Assembly: GCA_024346625.1 (NCBI GenBank)
Contig: AP024666.1
Coordinates: 1,736,001 to 1,800,000 of the forward strand
Direction of reading: 5' to 3'
Length of the DNA stretch: 64,000 nt
Source of the DNA: Williopsis jadinii
Lineage: Eukaryota
The translations under genes and the position numbers were made by a program. Every line of letters starts with the position of its first letter. Positions within the stretch are counted from its first letter, which is position 1. The notes beneath the pieces are model-generated. The model worked only from the letters and a program-made list of their open reading frames with translations, did no database searches and was not told the DNA's origin. Positions 21,902-33,317 of the stretch are shown one piece after another.

Positions 21902-22597
21902 GCACTTGAATAGATGAATCCAACGTTAGGCACGCTTCGCTGCATCATGGGCATTACAGTAGCTGTGGTAACTGTAGTAATAGTAACTGTAGTAACTCAC
22001 CCTGTGAAGTTACCTCGGCGATCGGAAAACGCCAACGATCACGTAATATCTTACTAAGCGACCGCTCCACAAAAGACACATAAAACAAAACCAGGTGTCC
22101 CTTGTGGACATTTGGTCAATTTGAAATAATACAGAGATGATCAGCAGTTCCCCTGCACAAGGATGAACCGTGTTACAAAGAGATCTACTATTTTTTTTTG
22201 AGAATTATTGTGAGCACTAGAGGACACACTTACATAGCTCATTGTGATGAATCAGACGTATCGACAGATGTCTACGTCACCTTATCAACCACCATTCTGT
22301 TGTCAAGTGTTCGTGCTCCGTTTGTGGGTCCCGTTAGATGTCGCTCTAAGAGTCATTTTTTTTCACGCCTTCAATCTACGTCGCGCGTTCGAACCTCCAC
22401 CGTCGCCCTCAATACCCTCGCCAAATCAACAAACTGTACAACGCGGGTATCCAGTGCCCAAGGCTTGGGGGGCTGAGGACGTTGGGGCGGCAGAGGGAAG
22501 GGGGCTTATATTCCAACGACAATCCCGCCAATCTCGTCAGCGGGTCCAGATAATGGTGGAAAAGGTATAAGAAAGGGCGTTCTTCCCATTCTGGAGT

Positions 22598-24550
22598 ATG
22601 ACGAGAGGAGAGGAAGCGCCACTGATTCCAAAACAAACAATGTATCTGGCATCACTGGAGACTCGAAAGCACTTGCCATACGTGGCTGGTTCTGTTGTTT
22701 TCATCGTGGTGACCCTGCTGATGAACCCCTGGTCTGTGGGTCGCTTTATAGACCACGCCCCTACGTTTGGTGATGAAGCTGGGGACGGTTTACTGTTGCC
22801 AATCACACAAGAAAACGCCAGTGCTATCTTCAACACCGTGCAAGGCGCTCTGAGAAACAAGAACGCACAGGTTGAGCCTATCGGTGTGAGTTTCATCCCG
22901 GCTTATATCCCGGCGGGAACGTTGTTGTACCATGGGAATGGCGATGGCCAGATTCCAGAAGGACTTGAATGGGTGGCGATGGACCATGAGTTCAGCTATA
23001 CGTTCATAGCGGACAGAGGTGGTCCAACCATCGGGTGTGATGATGACGACGTGAAGAATGGTAAGGATGGTTGCACAGGGTTCCACTTCCCACCTGGCGA
23101 AGGTCACGAGGGTCCAGGGGGTCCACCAGGGGGCCCAGGGGGGCTACCAGGAGGTCCAGGAGGTAAGCATCCAGGCGGTCCAGGAGGTAAACATCCAGGT
23201 AAACATCCAGGTAAACATCCAGGGGGCCCACCAGGAGGCCCAGGTAAACCACCATCCCATTGGAAACCAGGTAAGCGTCCAGGACCAGGCCCGCCAGCTC
23301 CCTCTGGCGGTTCCGGCCATACCTCAATGTTGACCTTCCGTGTAAGAGAACCTCTCAGCCGTATGATCCTGTTAGACGGCTCATCTGCTGCAAAGACCAC
23401 GTCTGGTGAGATGGATCAACAGTTCTTGCTGGCCAATATGAAAGACATTGACAACCCGCTGTTTGGGGAGTTCGAGGCTGCCGAAAGAATCTGTGAATGG
23501 GGGAAGTCGTTTGGATTAGATGGCTTTATCCGTATTGAAATGGGCTATGAGGCCGTTATCTGTGACTTCTTTGACAAGTTGGAGCTGGTCAGCAATATAA
23601 CGGTGGATTGGGCCAATAACACCTTGAATCTACCTATCAAGCTTTCTGATGAATCTCTGAACGAAGAGTACACTGATCTCTTCAAAAGCATCAGTGCCAT
23701 GGAAGGCTATGATCAGATAAGGGCAGGTAACGTCCATGATAAGAGAGATGGCCGTATTCTGCTGGACTTCTCCAAGTTCCAGACCATGCTCAATAGAACG
23801 TATGTTGGTACAGACCCTTATACGAGGCGTATCTATAACGTTTCGTCTGATCTTCGTGAAGGCATTAGAGACGACTTGGCTCGTGTGCTGAAACCAGGCA
23901 CTAACCCTTACCAAAGTACAAACTGGCAGTTGATGACCACGGAGATTGTTGATAAGTTTTCCCCAATTTTGAAGCTCATCAATCAGACACTCTTTAGTGA
24001 TGAAGCGACGGATCTTGAAAAGGCTAAGAACATCACCGTTTTCACAACCAATACCGTGAGAAGATTCACACAGTGGTCTGGAGCAGATGTTTCCATGGAG
24101 AGCAATTTGGAGCGTGCCAAACTGTTAGCTGTGAAAGAATATGCGCATCCGTTGGAGCCAGTGGCGTCTGCATCCGATGCTCTGATCTATTCGTCGTTGC
24201 ACAAGGTTACGGAAATGATCGTCGATGCAGTGTTTGAATCATTCATCGTCTCTCGAACAATCATTAACGGTTACTTCTTGAAGGAGGACATTGACTTCTC
24301 GCCATTGGAGAAATTACAATCGGATATGATTGATTTACTAAACACGCTTAGATGGGACTCTACATTTTACAGATGCTCTGAGACGTGTGCGTGGGACGAG
24401 GTTTGTTATACACCTTCTTGGGGGCCATCTCCGTTGGGCTGGGGTCAGTTCGGCACATATGAAGATGCGGATGGGAAAAGGAGAATAGAGCCTGATCTTC
24501 GCTGTGTCAGCTATAAAACTATACTAGGACACGGTGGTCGACCATTCTGA
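22598..24550 (+). CDS. YOR389W/YPL277C-family protein, copy 1, with G/P/K/H-rich insertion
   Basis: NASAIFNTVQGALR, PIGVSFIPAYIP.GTLLYH, EWVAMDHEFS, LDGSSAAKT.SGEMD match the S. cerevisiae YOR389W/YPL277C pattern; N-terminal TM anchor. Confidence 0.85.
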   Translation: MTRGEEAPLIPKQTMYLASLETRKHLPYVAGSVVFIVVTLLMNPWSVGRFIDHAPTFGDEAGDGLLLPITQENASAIFNTVQGALRNKNAQVEPIGVSFIPAYIPAGTLLYHGNGDGQIPEGLEWVAMDHEFSYTFIADRGGPTIGCDDDDVKNGKDGCTGFHFPPGEGHEGPGGPPGGPGGLPGGPGGKHPGGPGGKHPGKHPGKHPGGPPGGPGKPPSHWKPGKRPGPGPPAPSGGSGHTSMLTFRVREPLSRMILLDGSSAAKTTSGEMDQQFLLANMKDIDNPLFGEFEAAERICEWGKSFGLDGFIRIEMGYEAVICDFFDKLELVSNITVDWANNTLNLPIKLSDESLNEEYTDLFKSISAMEGYDQIRAGNVHDKRDGRILLDFSKFQTMLNRTYVGTDPYTRRIYNVSSDLREGIRDDLARVLKPGTNPYQSTNWQLMTTEIVDKFSPILKLINQTLFSDEATDLEKAKNITVFTTNTVRRFTQWSGADVSMESNLERAKLLAVKEYAHPLEPVASASDALIYSSLHKVTEMIVDAVFESFIVSRTIINGYFLKEDIDFSPLEKLQSDMIDLLNTLRWDSTFYRCSETCAWDEVCYTPSWGPSPLGWGQFGTYEDADGKRRIEPDLRCVSYKTILGHGGRPF

Positions 24551-26976
24551 ACAGAACTGTCGTTCTGTGTTCTGGAAAGGGTAGATATCGGACATTGAAA
24601 CAGATATTTGCCCATCAAACATTATGTGAATACATATGCATCGGCATGCCTATGCTTCTCCTTTTGTTGTGGTACGCTAATGCAGTAGTTGAACCCAACA
24701 GACTGTGTGTTTTACTGGGTGATGTAGGTGTCGAGACGATCTCCTTCAACGCATAAACGTTTCCACTGAAGAATGTGAGCATCACCGAAAACCCCATCCC
24801 TTTGCACCCATATTGGTAATAACTGAACTGCTACCATGATCTAATGCCTTGCAAGGCACCTCTCTTAAACGATAAACGTCCATTTGGTCTGCTGTTGCTG
24901 CTCAAGCATGACTCTTTCACGGAGATGTGAGGTTAAATTAGCGGAGATGTGAGGTTAAAGTTAGCGGAGGTGTCGAGATTTAAGGAGATACTGGAATTAG
25001 AAGCTAATTGAGGCAGGTGGTGTCTGGTTTGTACGTACACCAGGGTGTTTACTCTCGTATTTCCCAAGGTTAAATGGCCAGTGTTCCAGAGGGTCTTTTA
25101 TTGCTGCCATTTCTCTTGTAAGAGGGTAATCCATGGAATGAAGGCCACTGAGCTGTTTCTATCACACACTCTGAAGCTGTGCGTGTTAAACTTTTCCCGT
25201 ATTCCCCATGTTTGGACCAATAATAATTGTTCTTTTAAAGAGTCTAAGGTGCTATACAGTTTATGCACTGTCCCAGTATGGCCGTTCGATCACAACTAAG
25301 GCAATGCCACCGTGTGCTCTCATGAAGCAATTTCTTGGAAAGATCCGCGTTTCTTTCAACAAGCTTTGAGGCATCTCACGAGGCTCCACTTGCAAACTGG
25401 TACACTCAATAGGTCTTGAAGGAAGATGCTGTTTTAGTCGTATTTCTCAAGTGCGCTGGGTGTATTTGAGGTGCATATGCATGCCGACGATCGAATCAGC
25501 ACCAAAAGATGAAAAAAACACCCTCAAAATGGTGGTATGCACTGTTTTGGTGGGTGAATGCGAGATCCCACAGGTTGTATTGCCTAATTGGAACTTATGG
25601 TCTGGCCAACTCAAGAGAGGGGCGATCAGTGTGTTTCCTATACCTTTGGAAATATCGATAGGTTCATGGTGCCCGCGTTGATGCAGGCAGAAGGGAATAC
25701 ATACAAACGCGCATTATCGGAAAGATCTACTGGTGTGTGGGAGATTCAGATGATGGAAAGCCCCTAGAAACAATGGCTAGGGCATGCTTGTCTCGAGCAT
25801 CACTGTACATACATATTCAGAGGTTGAATTTTGCTGAAACTGAGAGAATTACATCAGTGTTGGAGGATACCTAAGCCGATGAGGAATTCAGCATCACTGC
25901 CCTCTGTTGCCATTAGAAGGTACGATCAAGTGACCACAGAGGCCATGCTGAAATGCTTTGTACCCATTACTTCATTGAGTCACCAATTTCGTGTTCAATG
26001 GACTCAACGTGTCCTGGTATTTGGCTAATATGAATGCGACATCGTCACCCTTTTCCTACTGAAATGTGCACCTTACATAACGCTACCTGTGGTTTGGAAC
26101 ACCTGTGTCCAAACATACAGACCTTTCCACAGACAAGAGATTACTAAAGGATCGGATATTTGTTGGCAACATGAGTAGCAGATGAAATGGAGCGCTGGTG
26201 CCTCTTAGCTCAGGAGCTTGCAGGTATATGTGGGTGTACAAGAATTGTCTATGGCGTACTAGTTAGAATGACTAATATGCACGCTGCAACCCCCCGTCGG
26301 AAGGCGTATTCCTCCAAAATGATACCTACCTCTGTGCCCCTTCTTCCTGATTGCCAATGCAACCCTGTTCTCTCGTGACCATATCTACTTACGCTCGCGT
26401 GTTTCACCAGATCGATGCTGCTTGGACTTTATTTTCTCTATAGAACTACTCGTGGTTCATGTACCTGTGTGTATCTCTAAGTTCGTGATCTAAAGTCTGA
26501 TCAAAGCTCTGCAACAGCTGTAAAGGGTGTCGCAGAGGTTAACGGACTTCATTTGCACCTGTGTGCGTCAAAGGATCAATGGCAATGTCTACGCATGTGA
26601 ACCAGGGTGGAGGTCCAGGGAGAGATATCGCCAAATGCTTAATAATATTGACATTTCCGTTAGTGAAATCTCGAAAGCACGGTGGATGCATCATTAAGGT
26701 GTTTTGCTCTGCAGTTTCACTGCAAGATCGAAACACCTCATTCACACCGTGTGTTGCATTCAGGGGGGGGCTTCAGCAGGATGTGGTTCAAGCTCATCGC
26801 AATTGTTGAGCTGTGATATCGGAGAAAGCAGATTCCAGTACCAGTGCTAGGTCTTCAGCTTGGTTTCTGTATATATATCGCTGTCTCTCCTTGCCATGCT
26901 GAGTTTACAGCCGTCTCGTTAGACCAAATCTTCAAACTATCCATTCGTTATTATTGAGTTGGCTGAGAACTGAACA

Positions 26977-29900
26977 ATGTTACCATCCTCTCTGCTCACG
27001 TCGGGGCTCATGGCGTTGTACGCCATCTGCGTCGATGCGCTTGAGATTCCAACTCCTGGGAAGATCCCAACCAGACAACAAGCCACCTTCGGGTCTGCTA
27101 CAGGTCGTTTCATTGTGGAGTACGATACTTCGTCGTTGACAAAAAGGGATATTGAAGGCTTGCTCACCGAGGAGCTCGCCTCCAGCGGTGTCGATGTCTC
27201 TGTCAACGCCAATTTCGACTCTGATATCTTCCAAGGTGTTTCCATCACTGTTAGTGGTAACACAACTGCCGAAGATCTGAAGACCCTCAACGGTATCAAG
27301 AATGCATGGCCAGCCACTGTTGTCACTCTTGACGATGATATCGTGTCAAGCGATGTTGCCTCGTGGAATCCACATCTGCTCACTGGTGTCCAGACCTTAC
27401 ATGACAGCGGTAACACGGGTGCTGGTGTCAAGATTGCTGTTATTGACACCGGTGTCGACTATACGCATCCAGCGCTTGGTGGTGGTATTGGTGACGGCTA
27501 CCCAGTCACACACGGCTGGGACTTCTCTGAGGACACAGAGAATCCAACTAGTGATCCGATGGATTGTGCTGGTCATGGTACGTTTGTTTCGTCTCTGATC
27601 ATCTCCTCTGATGAGACGAACCTGGGTGTTGCTCCTGGAGCCTCCATTTCCATGTACAAAGTGTTTGGCTGTTCCACATCAACATACGACGATATCATCA
27701 TGGCTGGTATGATCAAGGCTTACGAGGAAAAGCCTGATGTCATGACCCTATCTCTCGGCGCCAATCGTGGCTTCAACACTATCCCAATTGCCGAGCTTGC
27801 CTCTCGTATGACCAAGGATGTCGTGGTGATGTTTGCCGCCGGCAACTCTGGAGAGGAAGGTGTGCTCTACGCCTCCTCTGGTGCCTCCGGTATTGATGTT
27901 CTGGCCATTGGGTCTTCTCACGCAAAGCAATACCCAGGTTATAAGGCCATCTTCAACTCATCTTCTGGTGATTCATACGTCTTTGGTTATGCCGGCAACT
28001 CATTCGTTCAGTTTGAAGTTGAGGGCACTTTCCCCACCAAACTGTACGATTCAAACGCATGTCTTCTATCGGAAGCCTCCACTGATGACGCTGTGCTCAT
28101 TTCCAAGAGAGGTGGCTGCTATTACGGTAATTTGTTCAACAACTTGAACGGTCTCGGGTATAAAACGGCATTGCTTTACACCTCAGATAGCTCATTTACT
28201 ATAACAAAGGCATCCATTCTGGATGAATATACGCTTCAGAATGTCGGTGTCATCAAACAGGAAGTCGGTGACTGGGTCATTGAACAAGTTGAGGCGGGCT
28301 ACGAGGTCTCGGTCACTTTCTCCAAAGATTTTGGACTTGTTGGGTTGAATACCACGGCGCTTAGCGCTGGTCAGATCGACTACTACACATCGTGGGGTCC
28401 AACATATGAGAATAACTTCTTTCCACATGTTAACGCGCCTGGCGGTGAAGTCTTTGGTGCTGTCATTGGTGGTGGTTGGGCTGGCGCGTCTGGTACTTCC
28501 TTCGCTACTCCTTACGTTGCCGGTGTTGTTGCTCTTTACCTCTCGCAACACCCAGGTGCTGACCCTGCTGATGTTCGTAAAAGATTGATCTCCACCGCAT
28601 CTCTTTTGCCGCTGTTTGACTACGAAGTGACTACTTCTGGTTACGATACCTCGTCGCTTGTTGATTCCCTGACAGCGCCACTCATCCAACAAGGTGCTGG
28701 TTTGATCGACGCGGCCAAGTTTGTCCAACAGAACACCGTGTTGACTTCAAGTCCTACGCTGGAGCTGAACGATACTGTCAACAGAGTTGATAGTTTTACC
28801 ATTTCTCTCCGTAATGATAACGATGAAGCTGTAACATACGAGATCAGCCATGTTGCAAGTGTCACGGTGTATGCTAGAACGGGCTCCTCCGAATGGTGGA
28901 TCCCAAACTTGTACTACCCACCGTACGACTCTTCCTCAGCACAAGTGGTTCTTGGACAGGACTCTATTACAATTGCTGCCAACTCTGAAGGATCATTTGA
29001 GGTGAAGATCTCTGCTCCAGAAGGTGTTGATTCTGATGTTGGGCCAATCTTTGCGGGTAAGATCCGTATCAGTGGTGGCAATGGTGACCAGGTTGAAGTT
29101 CCATACATGGGTGTGGAGTATGATACGTATGAATGGACTCCATTTCCAGAGTCACCAATGGCTCTATACTACGACTTGGAGACCGGATATGTTTATAACT
29201 TGACATCCCCAGATCACCAGGTTAACTTCACTTTCAACGATTCCGATTCTCCAGAGATCTATTACAACCTGAGATACGGTACAGAGGTTCTTTCCTTTGA
29301 TATCGTCGACACTGATTATGACTTAGGCAACTTTGAATATCCTCTTCCTCTTGGTAATGGTGTTCTTGGACCAATCATGACTTCAGTTGATGTCTATGGG
29401 GATTATGCTGCGTTCCCCTTGTACTGGCAACCAAAGTTTTCCTCTTACAGTTATTTCCACTCCCAAGGTCTATCAAACGGTTCCGTGATTCCAGATGGTA
29501 CTTACAGAATTCTGTCATATGCTTTGAAGATGTTCGGTGACAGAAACAACCCTGATGACTGGCTTGTCAGTCTATCTGATCCTTTCAATGTATCAGGAAA
29601 TCTTGGAAACTCCACTACTGAGTCTTCTATCGCTTCTTCTGAGACCACTATGTCTAGCTCAGTAGAGTCAACCGAGTCTATGTCATCTTCTTCGTCATAC
29701 TCTTTGTCTTCTTCATCATACTCTTTGTCTTCTTCACCATCTTCTAGCTCCACTAAAGAAATGGCATCCTCAGTGTCGTCATCTTCTCCTACCAGCACAG
29801 CAGTTCCATCGCTCCATGGACTCGACATCATTACCAACATTGAGATAGTGGACAAAGTCACAGGTACAACTGACGCTTATGTCAACGACTGGTTTGAAAT

Positions 29901-32428
29901 TAGAGTCACATTGTACAAGGAGACTCCAATTGAAACTGATTCCTTCACGGAGTTTGCTATCCCAGGCTTCAGTGAGGGTCCTTCCAACAGTGTTCAGTTG
30001 CAGACAACATCTGGTGAGATTTTTGGCTACTTCAATTACGCTGGGAATGGTGTCTATAATATTTCGTACACTGGTGTTACTTCCTTCTATGGTGATTTAC
30101 AGGGCACCTTCACTTTCACCGTGAGACTGGACCCATCTACCAAGGCCGATATCACCAGCCCACAGTCCAGAGACTTCGTTGCTTATACTCCGGAACAGAC
30201 ATTCACCAACACTTTAGAATTTGTGAAGCTACCATCCGATGCTCCTTTCAGAACATCCTTCTGGGATGGCTCTGCTCCAAGATGGTTCATTGATGTTCCA
30301 GGTACTCTCGGACCTTGGACTTCCATATCTCTTTCGAGCACCAGTAGTGACTACTTGTACTCTTTCTTGTGTGATGAGATCACCACCTATACCGGTACTG
30401 AGTTGGATGAGTTTGGAAATGCTACAGTCTTTGCTAAGGGTTCTTCTTATACGTCGAACTCCAACTGTGGAACTCGTGGTTTGACACTTGTATTTGATGA
30501 AACTGTCTCATCGGATGAGGTGTTGAGGATTGAAATACCTACTGAGATCGACATGTCGCTTTATTACTATGATAACACCATGTCAGTCACTGTTACTAGC
30601 GATTCCGGCTCCGAGACATTCACATTCAGTGACACTATCCGTCTCTACACCAATGGTGACTACAGTGTCTTTGGTGGTTCTCGCTATGTTGCTCCAACTA
30701 CCTCTTCATCCTCGTCTACATCTTCAGAAGAATCTAAGTCTGCAGAGGAATCTACATCCTCTGATGAAGTTTTGTCCTCTGAGGAATCAATCTCTTCTGA
30801 GTCTTCTTCTGAGTCTTCTTCTGAGTCTTCTTCTGAGTCTTCTTCTGAGTCTTCTTCTGAGTCTTCTTCTGAATCTTCTTCTGAATCTTCTTCTGAATCT
30901 TCTTCGGAGTCTTCAGGGCTATCTTCAGAGCTATCTTCAAAGTCTTCTTCAAAGTCTTCAGAGTCTTCTTCAACAGTATCTGATGTAACTCTCTCTGGTA
31001 CAGCTTCCTCTTCTACTATATCATCAAGCGCAGAATCGGATGTTCAGACATCTTCTGATATTTCAACACTTTCAACTTCACAATCTTCATCCACATCAAG
31101 TTTTACTTCCTCCTCTGCATCCTCAACTCCTACTGAACCAGTAATTTCCGGCGAGTTTAAAAATGGAGTATTGCAATGGGTTATCGATGTGCCAGGTAGT
31201 GTCGGTCCTTGGACTTCGGTTGAAATTGAAGGATCAAGTGATTCAGGTTTCACATTCACTGATGTTAGGTATGTTGTGGATCGTGTTAACTATTCAGTTA
31301 ACACTACAGACTTATCTTCATTCGATTTCCTGTCGGAACTGTACTCTGAAAGTGGTTTCCGTGTCGAATTTAATGGTAGAATCATCAGTGGATCTTCTTT
31401 CACTGTTAGAGCTAAGGTGTCTGTGACAATTCCTGACAACAAGAGACTTGCCAAGAGAGAAGTTCTTACATGGGAATTGACAGATGTAATTACACTTGAT
31501 AATTCATCATCTGAATCTTCCACTGCTTCCTCTGAGTCATCTACTTCGTCTTCTGAGACATCATTTGAGTCTTCAGACGTATCATCTCAGTCTTCAAGTG
31601 CATCATCTGTTGATAGCTCACAAACCACCACCCAATATTCCTCATTGGATCCTGCATCTACAGCTGTTTCAGTCTCTAGCTCTGCTACTGCTACTTCCAC
31701 GAGTGCTTACACTTCCACTACAGCTTCTGTGTTTTCAAGTTCATCTGGAACTGAAGTGGAGCTCGACCCGGCTTCAGGATCGTCTACTGTGACATCCGAG
31801 TCTTCCATTTCCTCTGAAGATCAAGCATCTTCTACTTTGACTTCTTCCGCTACGAGTGAGCTGCTATCTTCTAGTAGCTCAACCTCTGGCACCATTTCTT
31901 CTTTGATTTCATCCACTTCCAAGACTGGCACTGATTCTATTTCCACTGATGCTATCGACTCTACGTCATTAGAATCATCCGTCATTTCTGATGCTTCTTC
32001 CAGTGAGCTCGAGATTACTACTTCTGCAGGGTCATCGGTTTTGACAACCACTGCTACGGAAAATAACGAGAGCACCACTGTCGTTACTATCACTTCGTGT
32101 TCCGAGACTGTCTGTTCAGAGTCAGTAACTACCGCTGCTGTCACCGCTGTTGTTACCACCATCGACAATGTTGTTACAACTTATACAACTTATTGTCCAC
32201 TCACTGACACTACTAGTGCCACTGTTACTGAAAAGGAGGATAAGAGTACTAGTGTTGTGAAGCCAACAGGTGACAGTGACAATAGTGCATCCACTACTAC
32301 CATTGGCGACACCAACACCATTGTGAAGACCATCACTTCTTGTTCTGCTGGAGTTTGCCACACCACTACCGTCTCGCCAGTTCCTACTCTCACTAGTCCT
32401 TCCACTGGAGTAGGTGCTACTACAACTG

Positions 32429-32465
<37 letters not shown>

Positions 32466-32922
32466 CTCTGTTGAGAATTTAGAGAATGTTGGTGAGGATG
32501 TTGGCACTAATGGTGCAACCGCAACCAACGCTGCTACCACCACCGTTGCTGCAGCCGGTACCACCCAGACTACCAAAGCAAATGCCAATGTTGGTGGTGA
32601 TACTCAGGATATTACATCCACCGTCACTGAAGCTGTTACAAAGACCAGAGTCTTTGCTTCTGGCGTCACTGCGCCATCTGCAATTCTGTCTGCAACACCA
32701 GCTAACCCAGCAGACTCTCTCGTCACAGTTCCAACTGTCATTCAACCAAAGAGTACTCTGTCCACTTCAGCAGACTCCACTGAGTCCTCCTCAACTAGCT
32801 CCAGTGCCTCCACTCTTGCCACTACGGCTGCTATTACTACTTACGAAGGTGTTGGAAGTAACATCAAAGCCTCTGGGCTTTTCACTGTTATCTCTTCTAT
32901 CATTCTGATGATTGTCTTCTGA
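26977..32922 (+). CDS. GPI-anchored S8 subtilisin (PA + Fn3-like) fused to adhesin/flocculin-like stalk, 1981 aa
   Basis: Signal peptide; catalytic IDTG, GHGT, AAGN, SGTSFATP; PA insert (KRGGC); LELNDT Fn3-like segment; Ser/Thr stalk; TTVVTITSCS..C..TTYTTYCPL flocculin-type repeat; hydrophobic C-terminus. Confidence 0.92.
30793..30970 (+). repeat. 12-bp coding tandem repeat (SSES)n in the subtilisin-adhesin
   Basis: TCTTCTGAGTCT units, degenerating 3'. Confidence 0.9.
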
Positions 32923-33317
32923 TTGTCTAGTGATACATAGTAATATACCCCTTTCTAAACTATGTGATATTTTAAGACTTGTTGTAGAGCTCTTTCGATA
33001 ATGCCTTCACAGCTATCATTCTCTGTAGATCATTCTCCTTTTTGCTCTACACAGCTGTTTCTATACATTCGGCATTTGATCCATTTTAGGATTAATTCAA
33101 ATGCACCACACTGCACGGTTCGCAGCAACGTCTAATTTTATTTTCGGGGTGTTTGTCAATCCAAGATTTCTCCATAAAATCACCAAATGACCTCCCACGA
33201 TTGAGTGTACGTTGCTGTAACATAGGCTTATATACAAAGTGAAAGCGCCTCTCCTTGCTGGTATTTTCTGGAGTTCTCAGAGAGGCTAACTTTGAAACAC
33301 AGGTCGTAAGAATAACT

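Noticed and set aside
26977..29600. RRT12 ortholog by synteny with IMG1
   Set aside because: Rrt12 is a short proteinase K-type subtilisin; this protein has PA/Fn3-like parts and a GPI stalk, so it is a different subfamily.
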